This document shows, in pieces, positions 1 to 8,505 of a stretch of 11,911 nucleotides of DNA; within the stretch, counting starts at the first letter, position 1, and each line of letters opens with the position of its first letter. The DNA is taken from the NCBI RefSeq assembly GCF_013009345.1, contig NZ_JABELE010000007.1:166704-178614 (forward strand), given 5' to 3'. The DNA is from Acinetobacter geminorum. GTDB taxonomy: Bacteria; Pseudomonadota; Gammaproteobacteria; Pseudomonadales; Moraxellaceae. The notes under the pieces are model-generated. The model was not told the origin of the DNA. It made no database searches and saw only the letters and a list, made by a program, of their open reading frames with translations. Made by a program: the position numbers and the translations under genes.

Positions 1-1
1 A

Positions 2-754
<753 letters not shown>

Positions 755-761
755 ATAAAAT

Positions 762-789
762 AAAAAGGGCTGTGATTCAGCCCTTTTTT
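762..789. terminator. Bidirectional rho-independent terminator shared by convergent adhC and the 324-aa gene
   Basis: Stem gggctg (767-772) / cagccc (778-783) with a 5-nt loop. It is flanked by aaaaa (762-766) on one side and tttttt (784-789) on the other, so it reads as hairpin plus U-run on both strands. Confidence 0.8.
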
Positions 790-807
790 ACGATTTACAG
801 TTTTATC

Positions 808-1782
808 TTAAATGGCATTACCGCACATGTCTGTTGTGCCCTGAGGGTAGCTAAACTGTAGCGCATTACGGTCAGTAATGAGTTCATTAGACAACTCTTG
901 TCCAAATAATTGTTCAGCATCTATTGATATAGCACTTGAGACAGAAAAGCTTATATTCTCAAGTGGAGCGGGTAAAGTAGATTTATATCCCTGATCAACA
1001 CCGTTTACGATAAAGCCAACCTGCTTAGTGTTTTGATTAATATATATGCCTAATCTCTGGTATCCATTTGAACTATTTGTCATGTTTTGACCCTTATAAT
1101 ATGGATTGTCAGGCCCGCTATTATCACTAAGTCGATAAGCTACAGAATAGTATAATCTAGCAGGATTCTCACCAAAATCTGGATCATAAGTGCCCATATT
1201 AAACCAATAGTTGGACCTAACTGTATAGCCATTATTTGTTACGCCATTAAAACCAATGGCAGAGGAGTAATAAGCAGAATTACCAAGTGATGAGTTCCCA
1301 AGAGCTGAGGTTGGAATCTTAAGCTCCATTTCAAATGCAATAATCCCTGTGTGAGGTATTATTAAATCACCAATGTCATTAGTCGAATTAAGGCTAGCTT
1401 TACTTCTAGCTACATACTCTACAGTACCATACTCATTTTCTGGCATAGGCTCTACTTTAAGACTAAATTTTTGGCCCGTTACCAATGGGAATATTTTCAT
1501 AGACCAATAGTCAGAGTGTTCATTATTCCAAAGATCATAATCTTCTTGAGTCGCGTCAAAATTATATTTGCAGACTGGGGCAGAGGAATTAAGGGAATTC
1601 GTTTGAGCTAATAGCATCTGTGGTGCTAATTTTTCATTCTTTGTAGTGGATGAAATGCTTTTAGATGCTACTTTTTGGCTAGATTCATTACCCAGTGCTG
1701 TATTGGTATTATCAGAAGATACTTCATACATTGCCCAACATAATGTCACTGCACTAACAGCAATTAAGCCTATTTTTTTCAT
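808..1782 (-). CDS. Secreted protein of unknown function (324 aa), beta-rich, Asn/Ser/Gly/Tyr-rich
   Basis: ATG at 1782 with GGAA 7 nt upstream. N-terminal signal peptide MKKIGLIAVSAVTLCWAMYEV. Two distal Cys (APVCKYNF near the N-terminus, DMCGNAI at the C-terminus) could form one disulfide. No motif that I can assign to a family; it may correspond to an Acinetobacter-restricted DUF family, unverified. Confidence 0.7.
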   Translation of the reverse strand: MKKIGLIAVSAVTLCWAMYEVSSDNTNTALGNESSQKVASKSISSTTKNEKLAPQMLLAQTNSLNSSAPVCKYNFDATQEDYDLWNNEHSDYWSMKIFPLVTGQKFSLKVEPMPENEYGTVEYVARSKASLNSTNDIGDLIIPHTGIIAFEMELKIPTSALGNSSLGNSAYYSSAIGFNGVTNNGYTVRSNYWFNMGTYDPDFGENPARLYYSVAYRLSDNSGPDNPYYKGQNMTNSSNGYQRLGIYINQNTKQVGFIVNGVDQGYKSTLPAPLENISFSVSSAISIDAEQLFGQELSNELITDRNALQFSYPQGTTDMCGNAI

Positions 1783-1879
1783 AAATGTTCCTATCGAGTT
1801 AAGTATTAAATTTTTAGAAAGTAGCGATAAAGCAAAATTTATTATTAATATTTAAATATTTGAAATTATGAAGTTTATA

Positions 1880-1913
1880 AACTATTGAATATGATTAATC
1901 ATATTCAATAGTT
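1880..1913. repeat. Perfect 34-bp palindrome (17-bp arms, no spacer) spanning the adhesin stop codon; possible operon-end hairpin
   Basis: aactattgaatatgatt|aatcatattcaatagtt equals its own reverse complement (checked base by base). The right arm encodes the last residues ..TIEYD* of the adhesin gene; the left arm is intergenic. There is no clean U-run after it on the minus strand, so terminator function is uncertain. Confidence 0.9.
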
Positions 1914-2905
1914 ACAGTAGCCATTGCACGCACTTTACCAGCAGTCACATTTGTTGCTGTTTGATAGTAGCGAGCAGTCATCGGTACGTTATATTGAATT
2001 GTCTGGTTAGAAGACAATGTACCTAAGGCTAATTTGTCACCTTTTTTGATGACCTGATTTTTATTTTGATAATTCCAGAGTAACTGTACACCTACGCCGT
2101 TTGCTTTTTCAGATGCGGCAGCCGTATTTGCCAATACCTGATTGTTTGTTCCATCTTGGGTAAAGTCGTAAGTTAAACTAATGAGATTTTTCTCTTCGTA
2201 ACCTGTTGGGTTGATACCGCCATTACAGAGAATGTTCATATCAAAGGTTTGTTCACCTTGAGTAGAACCAACACCTTTGAAGCCAGCCTTTGTAACTGTT
2301 GGTAATTGTACAACTTTATTAATATTACCTTGAATTTCACATGAAGATGATGCAATTGTAATGGCATTGGCATTGACAGTACTTGTTAAGAAGGGTTGAT
2401 TAGGAAAGCCCCGAATATAATAACTACTATACCTGCCTGGTACTAAGGTTCCAGAACCTGTTTGTGGGGCAATTTTAATAATTTCTACCACAAAGTAACC
2501 TGATGCTAAATAACGTCTACCAGATATTCCTCCACGTACATAAGGATAATAGCCAGAAAAATTAGTATTATTCTCGGCTTCACGATATAGGCGAATACCA
2601 ATACCGGGAATATTAGTAGTATAAATGCTATTGCCTAAAGGGCTTAAAGGATAAGCTTGGGTTAATTCTGCAACTACTGCATCACTATAGTCACAGTACC
2701 AAGCTTCTGTACTAGTACGACTAATAGGAAAAGTCGCTTTTCTTAAAATAGCACCGACTGGGTCGCTTGGACGCACAACAACACGCCCCACAGCCATAAG
2801 GACGTCATTTTTTTCATAATCATATATACGACAGGCAGCCTTAGCCTCGCCATAAATCCCAAGACCAGCGGTAAATAGAGCACCCGTTAATAATATTCTT
2901 TTCAT
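1895..2905 (-). CDS. Fimbrial tip adhesin-type subunit (two-domain: N-terminal putative receptor-binding domain plus C-terminal pilin domain)
   Basis: 336 aa, about twice pilin size, and the last gene of the operon. Its ATG overlaps the usher stop (ATGA at 2902-2905). Signal peptide MKRILLTGALFTAGLGIYGEAKA. The C-terminal half has the pilin signature SSCEIQG..VQLPTV....F.MNILCNGG and a C-terminal beta strand ATVTIEYD with penultimate Tyr. Confidence 0.8.
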   Translation of the reverse strand: MKRILLTGALFTAGLGIYGEAKAACRIYDYEKNDVLMAVGRVVVRPSDPVGAILRKATFPISRTSTEAWYCDYSDAVVAELTQAYPLSPLGNSIYTTNIPGIGIRLYREAENNTNFSGYYPYVRGGISGRRYLASGYFVVEIIKIAPQTGSGTLVPGRYSSYYIRGFPNQPFLTSTVNANAITIASSSCEIQGNINKVVQLPTVTKAGFKGVGSTQGEQTFDMNILCNGGINPTGYEEKNLISLTYDFTQDGTNNQVLANTAAASEKANGVGVQLLWNYQNKNQVIKKGDKLALGTLSSNQTIQYNVPMTARYYQTATNVTAGKVRAMATVTIEYD

Positions 2906-5460
2906 TTGCAGACAGCCTCAGTCATTACCATGCTTTGTTGCTTATTTTGCAACTGATTACTGATGTTGTACTCAACAGAACAACGTTCATTGCTTTCATC
3001 GCCCCATTTCACATAGAGACGATCTTGAGCAAGTGGAGTACGTAAGTAAATCATACTACCTTGTGCAACAATACCGACAGCTTCATCTTTTTGGTTAAAG
3101 ACTTGAGCTGCAAACGGTAAACTATTGCCATCTACAGTTTTACTATTAATGTAAACTGCATAACCAGTTTTAGTCGCAAAATCTACTTTAGCAATTGCGC
3201 CAGCAAAAGGTGCGATACGTTGACTTGTTTCTTCAAGCTCTACTTGGCTCGACATTTCTTGTGGGTCAAGGGTAATGTCATTAAGACGGTACGGAGTAAC
3301 ATAAGGAACTACCGCATAACCCGCTTTATTCACGCTCAAACCAACAGCATTATTAACTTTTGCTCCTGCAGCTTCTGGCGCATGCACAAGTACCATCGTT
3401 TGGCCTTGCTCAGGTCCAAATAAAATACCTTCTGAGTGTGCAACCACACTACCAGTTAAGCTAACCATTGCTTGTTGGTAAGAATCAGCCACACTATAAG
3501 AACCACCAACAGTTGTATAGTTGGTACGATAACGTCCATTTACGTTAAATGATGGATTTGAATAGTCCTGATGTGACATTGAAGCGCCGTAACTAAAGCG
3601 ATCTCCAACCATACCACTTGCACCAACAGTACGACTGTCTTCAGAAGCAGTAACGTTAACGTTAACTGAATTCTTTTTGAAATCAATCGGGAACGATAAT
3701 GTCATTAAATATTCAGTATCGTGTGTTTGATTGGTTGAGCCATATTCAACTTTACGGTTAATTGCAGATAAACCATAAGTTAAACCATGGAAGTTATTAC
3801 TGTAACCAACCTGATATTGTTTAGTACTTTCACTACGGTTCCAATAATCAACCCAAGAACCTACTACATAGAAGTTACCCCAACCTTCAGGTAAACCTTG
3901 GTTTAAGGTAATTTGGAATTCACTACGTTGACGACCAGCAGAGTAGGTATTAATACCTTTTTCTTCAAAATCACGAATCTGTAGAGCATCACGTAATTTA
4001 TAGAAGTTTTCTGTTGAGTAACGATAAGCTGCTAGTGTTAAGTTTGTGTTGGTTGGAGTAATTAACTTGCTATAACTTAAACGGAAACTTTGTCCTGACT
4101 GTGAAGACTGTTTTTCAAATTCAGCTTCAGAGTGGGTTACATCTAACGCCACGGCACCAATTGGTGTAGCAAAAGCGGCACCCAACAGTATAGCGGCATA
4201 ATTTTCAGTTGCTTGTATGCCTGTATAACCTGTTAGGTAATTATTAATCCCTTGTTGATATTTACCTTGAACAACCCAAGGATCAATATCAATATCTGAA
4301 TCACGGAACTGACCAATAGTTAAAGCATAACGATTCATGCCAGGACGAAGCATCTGCACAACAGATGCATAAGGCACAGCAAATTTCTGTATTTCCCCAT
4401 TCGCTTCGATAACAGAAACTTCAATTTCTCCACCAAAACCAGTAGGGTAAAGGTCATTAATTTCAAAGTTACCTGGTGCTACTGTTGTTTGATAGATAAG
4501 TTGGCCTTGTTGACGAACTTCAACTTTTGCATTGGTTTTAGCATTACCACGAATACGTGGAGCATAACCCACCATACTATTTGGTAACATACGATCATCA
4601 CTTGAGAAATCAATACCGCGATAACCATATGAATCAAATATTTCGCCGTTTGTAAAATTATCACCTAGTGTTAAGACACCTCGGTATTTCGGAAATGCTC
4701 TTTGTAAATATGTACTCGTTTCTTCGTAGCTTGACTTAGATTGATTTTCAGCAGGGGTATCCTGCCATTGCCACTGACCATTATGACGTAATTGCCAACC
4801 ACCTAAATTCAACCCAGCAGTCACTCCCATAAACGCATTTGATGTTTCGCGTATATCGCCAGATTGATTAAAAGTCTTATAAGCACTACCGTTATAAGAT
4901 AAAAATCCAGCATTAATACCACGATCCCATACACTTGGGTCGACATAGCCTTGCGCATTTTTTTGCAAAGCAACTTGCGGAATAGAAATATCTACACGTA
5001 AACGAGAGGTATCAAACTCATAAAATGCATTTTCAACCCACTCTTCAATTTTATAACAACTATTATTTTCTTTTTGAAGGGTAGTGTGTTTAGACAAAAC
5101 ATCTTGTTTAACGCCGTACTCAAGCAGGTTTGTTCCTGTGAAACAGGTTACAGCATTTTTATTTGGATCTAATGCTTTAAAGAACATACGACGTTTGCCA
5201 AACCATTGGCCATTTACATAAACGTCAACATTATATTCACCTGGTAAAACAGGATTACCATATTTAAAACGTGAAATATCAACTTTTTGAGCATCACCAA
5301 TTAAAAAAGCAGAATCAAATTCAGCTTCCACTGGTGCACTCGCGGTTGTTTCTTCAGCATGCACGAATACGGGCATTGTCATTGTGACAACACCAGAAGC
5401 CAAGTAGTAACAAATATGGCGTTTTAATAATTTATAAGATTCTTGCCTTTTTTTTGGCAT
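2902..5460 (-). CDS. Fimbrial outer-membrane usher (PapC/FimD family)
   Basis: 852 aa, with a signal-like N-terminus ending VFVHAEE. Usher N-domain motifs FDSAFL and GEYNVDVYVNG, a long beta-barrel-type sequence rich in G/Y/S/N, and a C-terminal Cys pair (ERCSVEY...EAVCK). Positioned between the chaperone and adhesin genes. Confidence 0.93.
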   Translation of the reverse strand: MPKKRQESYKLLKRHICYYLASGVVTMTMPVFVHAEETTASAPVEAEFDSAFLIGDAQKVDISRFKYGNPVLPGEYNVDVYVNGQWFGKRRMFFKALDPNKNAVTCFTGTNLLEYGVKQDVLSKHTTLQKENNSCYKIEEWVENAFYEFDTSRLRVDISIPQVALQKNAQGYVDPSVWDRGINAGFLSYNGSAYKTFNQSGDIRETSNAFMGVTAGLNLGGWQLRHNGQWQWQDTPAENQSKSSYEETSTYLQRAFPKYRGVLTLGDNFTNGEIFDSYGYRGIDFSSDDRMLPNSMVGYAPRIRGNAKTNAKVEVRQQGQLIYQTTVAPGNFEINDLYPTGFGGEIEVSVIEANGEIQKFAVPYASVVQMLRPGMNRYALTIGQFRDSDIDIDPWVVQGKYQQGINNYLTGYTGIQATENYAAILLGAAFATPIGAVALDVTHSEAEFEKQSSQSGQSFRLSYSKLITPTNTNLTLAAYRYSTENFYKLRDALQIRDFEEKGINTYSAGRQRSEFQITLNQGLPEGWGNFYVVGSWVDYWNRSESTKQYQVGYSNNFHGLTYGLSAINRKVEYGSTNQTHDTEYLMTLSFPIDFKKNSVNVNVTASEDSRTVGASGMVGDRFSYGASMSHQDYSNPSFNVNGRYRTNYTTVGGSYSVADSYQQAMVSLTGSVVAHSEGILFGPEQGQTMVLVHAPEAAGAKVNNAVGLSVNKAGYAVVPYVTPYRLNDITLDPQEMSSQVELEETSQRIAPFAGAIAKVDFATKTGYAVYINSKTVDGNSLPFAAQVFNQKDEAVGIVAQGSMIYLRTPLAQDRLYVKWGDESNERCSVEYNISNQLQNKQQSMVMTEAVCK

Positions 5461-5518
5461 AACTAAGTCCGCCTACTCACATAATAGGTGCTTAAATTTA
5501 TTAAAAAGATAAATCTGA

Positions 5519-6253
5519 TTACTGAAGTTTTATTTGGTGTTCGACTCGACCACCATAGTCATTGACATTCATAAAACTCATATCTTGAAGATTGCCATTC
5601 TTAAGCTGAACAGACTCTTCAGAAAAAGGTTTAATCATTAAACCTTGAGGTAATAAATCAACTTTTTTATCACCTGCCTTTTGGTAAACAGAAGTCATCG
5701 TAATGTGGAAAGGAGTTGGATTTTTTACCGTTAAATTCTGACCAGATTTAACCCATTGAAGCTTATCTGCTGCTAAATTCGCATCTTCTTTAATTGAAGC
5801 CGGACGATAGAAGAATTTGATCCGGGAACGAATTGCAAGTTGTAAGAAGTTATCAGGTGTCGTATCTGCATTTTTTGAGGTAGGTCTTGGTGGAATATCC
5901 AAAACGTTTAACCACAAAACAGTTTCTTGCTTCTGGTTAAATTGAGAAGCATTTGGAAGGGCAGTAATACGAAGCGTCTGACTTTTTGTCGCTTCAACAC
6001 GAGAAATTGGAGGAGCAATCATAAAAGGAACTTTTGATTGATCCGGAGTACTTTTTGGATCACCTTCATCAATCCAAGCTTGGACAAGTGCTGGTTTTGA
6101 ACCGTTATTGCTAACTTGTAGCGTAACTTCTCTAGCATCCGACGGATAAATTACACGGGTGCCATGAATTACAATTTCTGCTTGAGCGGCAGGAGCAGCA
6201 ACAGATGAAGCAAACGCCAAACCTAACAAAAAATTATAACTGTTCAATTTCAT
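5519..6253 (-). CDS. Periplasmic fimbrial chaperone (PapD/FimC family), start moved to the internal Met
   Basis: The ORF track starts at 6337, but MKLNSYNFLLGLAFASSVAAPAAQA (ATG at 6251-6253) is a proper signal peptide giving 244 aa, the normal chaperone size. The upstream 28 codons overlap a terminator hairpin. PapD-like motifs present: IVIHGTRVIYP, QAWID, PPISRVEA..SQTLRI, VLWLNVLDIPP, LQLAIRSRIKFFYRP. Confidence 0.9.
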   Translation of the reverse strand: MKLNSYNFLLGLAFASSVAAPAAQAEIVIHGTRVIYPSDAREVTLQVSNNGSKPALVQAWIDEGDPKSTPDQSKVPFMIAPPISRVEATKSQTLRITALPNASQFNQKQETVLWLNVLDIPPRPTSKNADTTPDNFLQLAIRSRIKFFYRPASIKEDANLAADKLQWVKSGQNLTVKNPTPFHITMTSVYQKAGDKKVDLLPQGLMIKPFSEESVQLKNGNLQDMSFMNVNDYGGRVEHQIKLQ

Positions 6254-6294
6254 TTTTCGAGTTCTCAACCAAGAAAGATTCAGGAAAGTGCTAC

Positions 6295-6330
6295 ACAAAA
6301 CAGGGTTTCCATGCGGACATAGAAACCCCG
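6295..6330 (-). terminator. Intra-operon hairpin/attenuator after the major pilin gene
   Basis: On the minus strand: gggtttc (6328-6322) / gaaaccc (6309-6303), 7-bp stem, 12-nt loop, followed by tgtttt. This is the usual arrangement in chaperone-usher operons, keeping pilin mRNA in excess over chaperone/usher mRNA. Confidence 0.55.
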
Positions 6331-6341
6331 CTATCAATTAA

Positions 6342-6875
6342 TTATTGATAGATAATTGTGTATTGAACAGAAGTAGTTACTTTACCAGCAGTAGAAGCAC
6401 CAGTTGCATAGTATTCAGCATAGTAGTTAAGGTCAGCACTTGCACCTTCAGCTACGTCAACCCATTGAGAGTTAGCTTGAGCACCGTTTGCACCAGCAGC
6501 AAGTACTGGGATGAAGTTGTTGTTGCTACCTAAAAGTTGAACGTTAACGTTTTTAGCACCAGTAGCGTCTGTGTTAAGTAAACGACCAGTATTAAAGTCA
6601 ACGTTAGCACCTGGTTCGAAGTAAGTAGCTACTTTACCTTCAGAACAGTTAGCTAATTTAATTTGGAAAGGAGTACGACCAGCAACATCCCCAGCAACAG
6701 CTAAAGTTTGTTTAGAAACAGTTGGAAGAGTAACTGTCAAGTCTTTACCACCGTTATTAACGATGTCACAAGTTTTGTCTGTAACTAAACCATTAATTGT
6801 AATTGTACCATCAGCAGCTTGAGCATTCGCAATCCCTACAACCGAAAGAGCAGCGATCAAAGCAAGTTTTTTCAT
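6342..6875 (-). CDS. Major fimbrial subunit (type 1 / FimA-family pilin)
   Basis: 177 aa, signal peptide MKKLALIAALSVVGIANAQA. Mature N-terminus ADGTITINGLVTDKTCDI (donor-strand motif plus first Cys), second Cys in KLANCSEG, C-terminal strand TSVQYTIIYQ with penultimate Tyr. First gene of the operon. Confidence 0.9.
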   Translation of the reverse strand: MKKLALIAALSVVGIANAQAADGTITINGLVTDKTCDIVNNGGKDLTVTLPTVSKQTLAVAGDVAGRTPFQIKLANCSEGKVATYFEPGANVDFNTGRLLNTDATGAKNVNVQLLGSNNNFIPVLAAGANGAQANSQWVDVAEGASADLNYYAEYYATGASTAGKVTTSVQYTIIYQ

Positions 6876-7366
6876 AGTGTTTTCTCAAAGGTCTGGATAA
6901 AAGTTTAATTCCTTACTTTTCCAGTGTTTGACATCTTGAAAAGTAATGCCGCAATATTAACACTTCTTAAACAAAATGCAAACTACATCACATTATTTTT
7001 TCATATTTTTAATTTTAACACACAATTTATTTGGAATGTAGAGCTAGTATTTACAACTTATGCAGCTGTTTATAAAAGTTTTTTTGTTTTCTGAAAGAAA
7101 GATGCTATGTAAAAAAGTAAGTTACATAAGAACACTATGAAAATTGAAAAGAATTAAACAATTTATGTGAAAAATAAGCTTAAACTCTTAGAATACAATT
7201 ATATAGAATAAACTGTGTATATGTATACAAAAAAATAGACAAATAGTCATTTTTGATGAAAAAGAGCTAACAAATCATCAATTCATAAAAATGTGCGATG
7301 AATTCGACAAATCACTCTTTTATCCAAGCTTACTAATGAAATAAGCTCAAATATTCTAGTTATAAG

Positions 7367-7657
7367 TTAGTGATAATTGATAAGTACAACCTTGTGATTA
7401 GAACCTATACTTTCAATACTAGTGTCCATTTTCTCAGTGTGTTGAGCTAATTTAAAAAGACTATCTTTATTTAAATATTCATTATCAAGTTTAATATTTA
7501 AATTATTTACATCAACACATTCTATCTCACTATGTTCTCTTGAACACGTATCTTCAACAATATTTCCTCTTATCATTATTGTGTTATTTGCATAACAAAA
7601 TAGTGGGGAAGCGGAAAGCACCATCAAAACAAGAAGTTTAAATATATTATTTTTCAT
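7367..7657 (-). CDS. Small (96 aa) signal-peptide protein with pilin-like N- and C-termini; possible internally deleted pilin remnant
   Basis: ATG at 7657 with AGGT about 10 nt upstream. Signal peptide MKNNIFKLLVLMVLSASPLFCYA. The mature N-terminus NNTIMIRGNIVEDTC matches the pilin pattern TIxIxGxhxxxTC of the neighbouring major pilin (GTITINGLVTDKTC). The C-terminus KVVLINYH resembles the pilin F-strand with penultimate Tyr. About 73 mature residues is too short for a full pilin Ig fold. Very AT-rich, so coding status is uncertain. Confidence 0.4.
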   Translation of the reverse strand: MKNNIFKLLVLMVLSASPLFCYANNTIMIRGNIVEDTCSREHSEIECVDVNNLNIKLDNEYLNKDSLFKLAQHTEKMDTSIESIGSNHKVVLINYH

Positions 7658-7980
7658 TTTATATACCTATTTATAAAATAGCTTATATATAGTTGATACA
7701 TTATTTTTAATTTAAAAACAATCATTAAGCTTAAAATAATAAAAATTATTAATTTTCACGTGATATAAATCACATTAACCATTTTAAATAATGTAATAGT
7801 TAAAATTCTTAAACCATATTAATCCATGTAATTAGTTAAAAATTAAATAATTAATATAAATTATTGATATTTAATTAATTTTTAAAAAATAGATTAATAA
7901 ATCAACTAAATGATATATGATTAAACATATAATTTACTTATTTGATTTATAATTTATGTTTCAAAATTATTACCGAGAAA
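7658..7980. other. Extremely AT-rich tract (putative curved / nucleoid-protein-bound regulatory DNA)
   Basis: Hand count: 41 G/C in the 300 nt 7681-7980 (about 14% G+C) and 13 G/C in 7801-7920 (about 11%). No ORF of 60 aa or more on either strand. Confidence 0.7.
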
Positions 7981-8421
7981 TAAAATATGGATTTTAATAA
8001 AAATGTGACCAAATATACATTATCGAAGCAATGTGTAATTAAATTTGCTTTATATTGTAGATCCTGAGTATATAAGATCTAATGAATTAGAATTTAGCAT
8101 ACACTTTAAATATTTTAGGAAAATGAACTAACGAAATATAATTCGTAGATTCCTTTGGATTTAGGTAGGAGAAAAGTTCAATAAAAATCAAACAAGCGAT
8201 TATTAGCCGAACCTAATCATAATTTCTATTTAATTAGATTTATGAATACTATTTATTATGCATCAATAGCAACTTCAGAAGATGCTAGTGCTGAATTTAA
8301 TTAGAATAAAGATTCATTCCACATAGCTAAAACGTACCACAATAGCTAGAAAGAGAAATAAGTACTACAAACAAATGAAGGATAGCTACCAAGCTATGGG
8401 TCAATATTGAATTATATGACT

Positions 8422-8505
8422 GTTCGTATAATGTGATGCACAGATTATGTTACTAAGCCCCAGTGAGAACATTGTTAGTCTCACGGGGCTTTTTAACATC
8501 AATCT
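8422..8505 (+). repeat. Left copy of the 84-nt direct repeat (junction with chromosomal DNA)
   Basis: gttcgTataatgtgatgcacagattatgttactaagccccagtgagaacattgttagtctcacggggctttttaacatcaatct. 83/84 identical to 11828-11911; the only difference is T8427 versus C11833. Sequences immediately upstream of the two copies are unrelated. Confidence 0.95.

Noticed and set aside
1646-1855. 69-aa ORF on the + strand
   Set aside because: It lies mostly antisense within the 5' end of the well-supported 324-aa minus-strand gene. It has a low-complexity AT-rich translation and no SD, so it is a typical shadow ORF.
3220-3423. 67-aa ORF on the + strand inside the usher gene
   Set aside because: It is antisense to a continuous 852-aa usher ORF with clear family motifs; shadow ORF.
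4479-4664. 61-aa ORF on the minus strand inside the usher gene (alternative frame)
   Set aside because: It is an out-of-frame overlap with the usher coding frame, and its translation has no features (V/M/I-rich artefact).
6254-6337. 28-codon N-terminal extension of the chaperone ORF (MIAGFLCPHGNPV...)
   Set aside because: The extension precedes a perfect signal peptide starting at the internal Met and overlaps the attenuator hairpin. The normal chaperone length is reached from the ATG at 6253.
6345-6533. 62-aa ORF on the + strand
   Set aside because: It is antisense to the major pilin gene; shadow ORF.
6876-7366. Possible fimS-like invertible promoter switch upstream of the pilus operon
   Set aside because: I found no pair of flanking inverted repeats bracketing a promoter-sized segment, and there is no FimB/FimE-type recombinase gene in the window.
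7940-7975. Weak dif-like match (tttgatttataatttatgtttcaaa) in the AT-rich tract
   Set aside because: It matches only about 6/11 and 8/11 to the XerC and XerD arms, with wrong spacing. Such matches are expected by chance in DNA of this composition.
8422-8505. The direct repeats as att sites of a tyrosine-integrase element, or duplication of a tRNA 3' end
   Set aside because: There is no integrase gene in the element and no tRNA-like cloverleaf in or next to the repeat. The repeat starts at a Xer-arm motif and the cargo is a filamentous phage, which fits Xer-mediated integration better.
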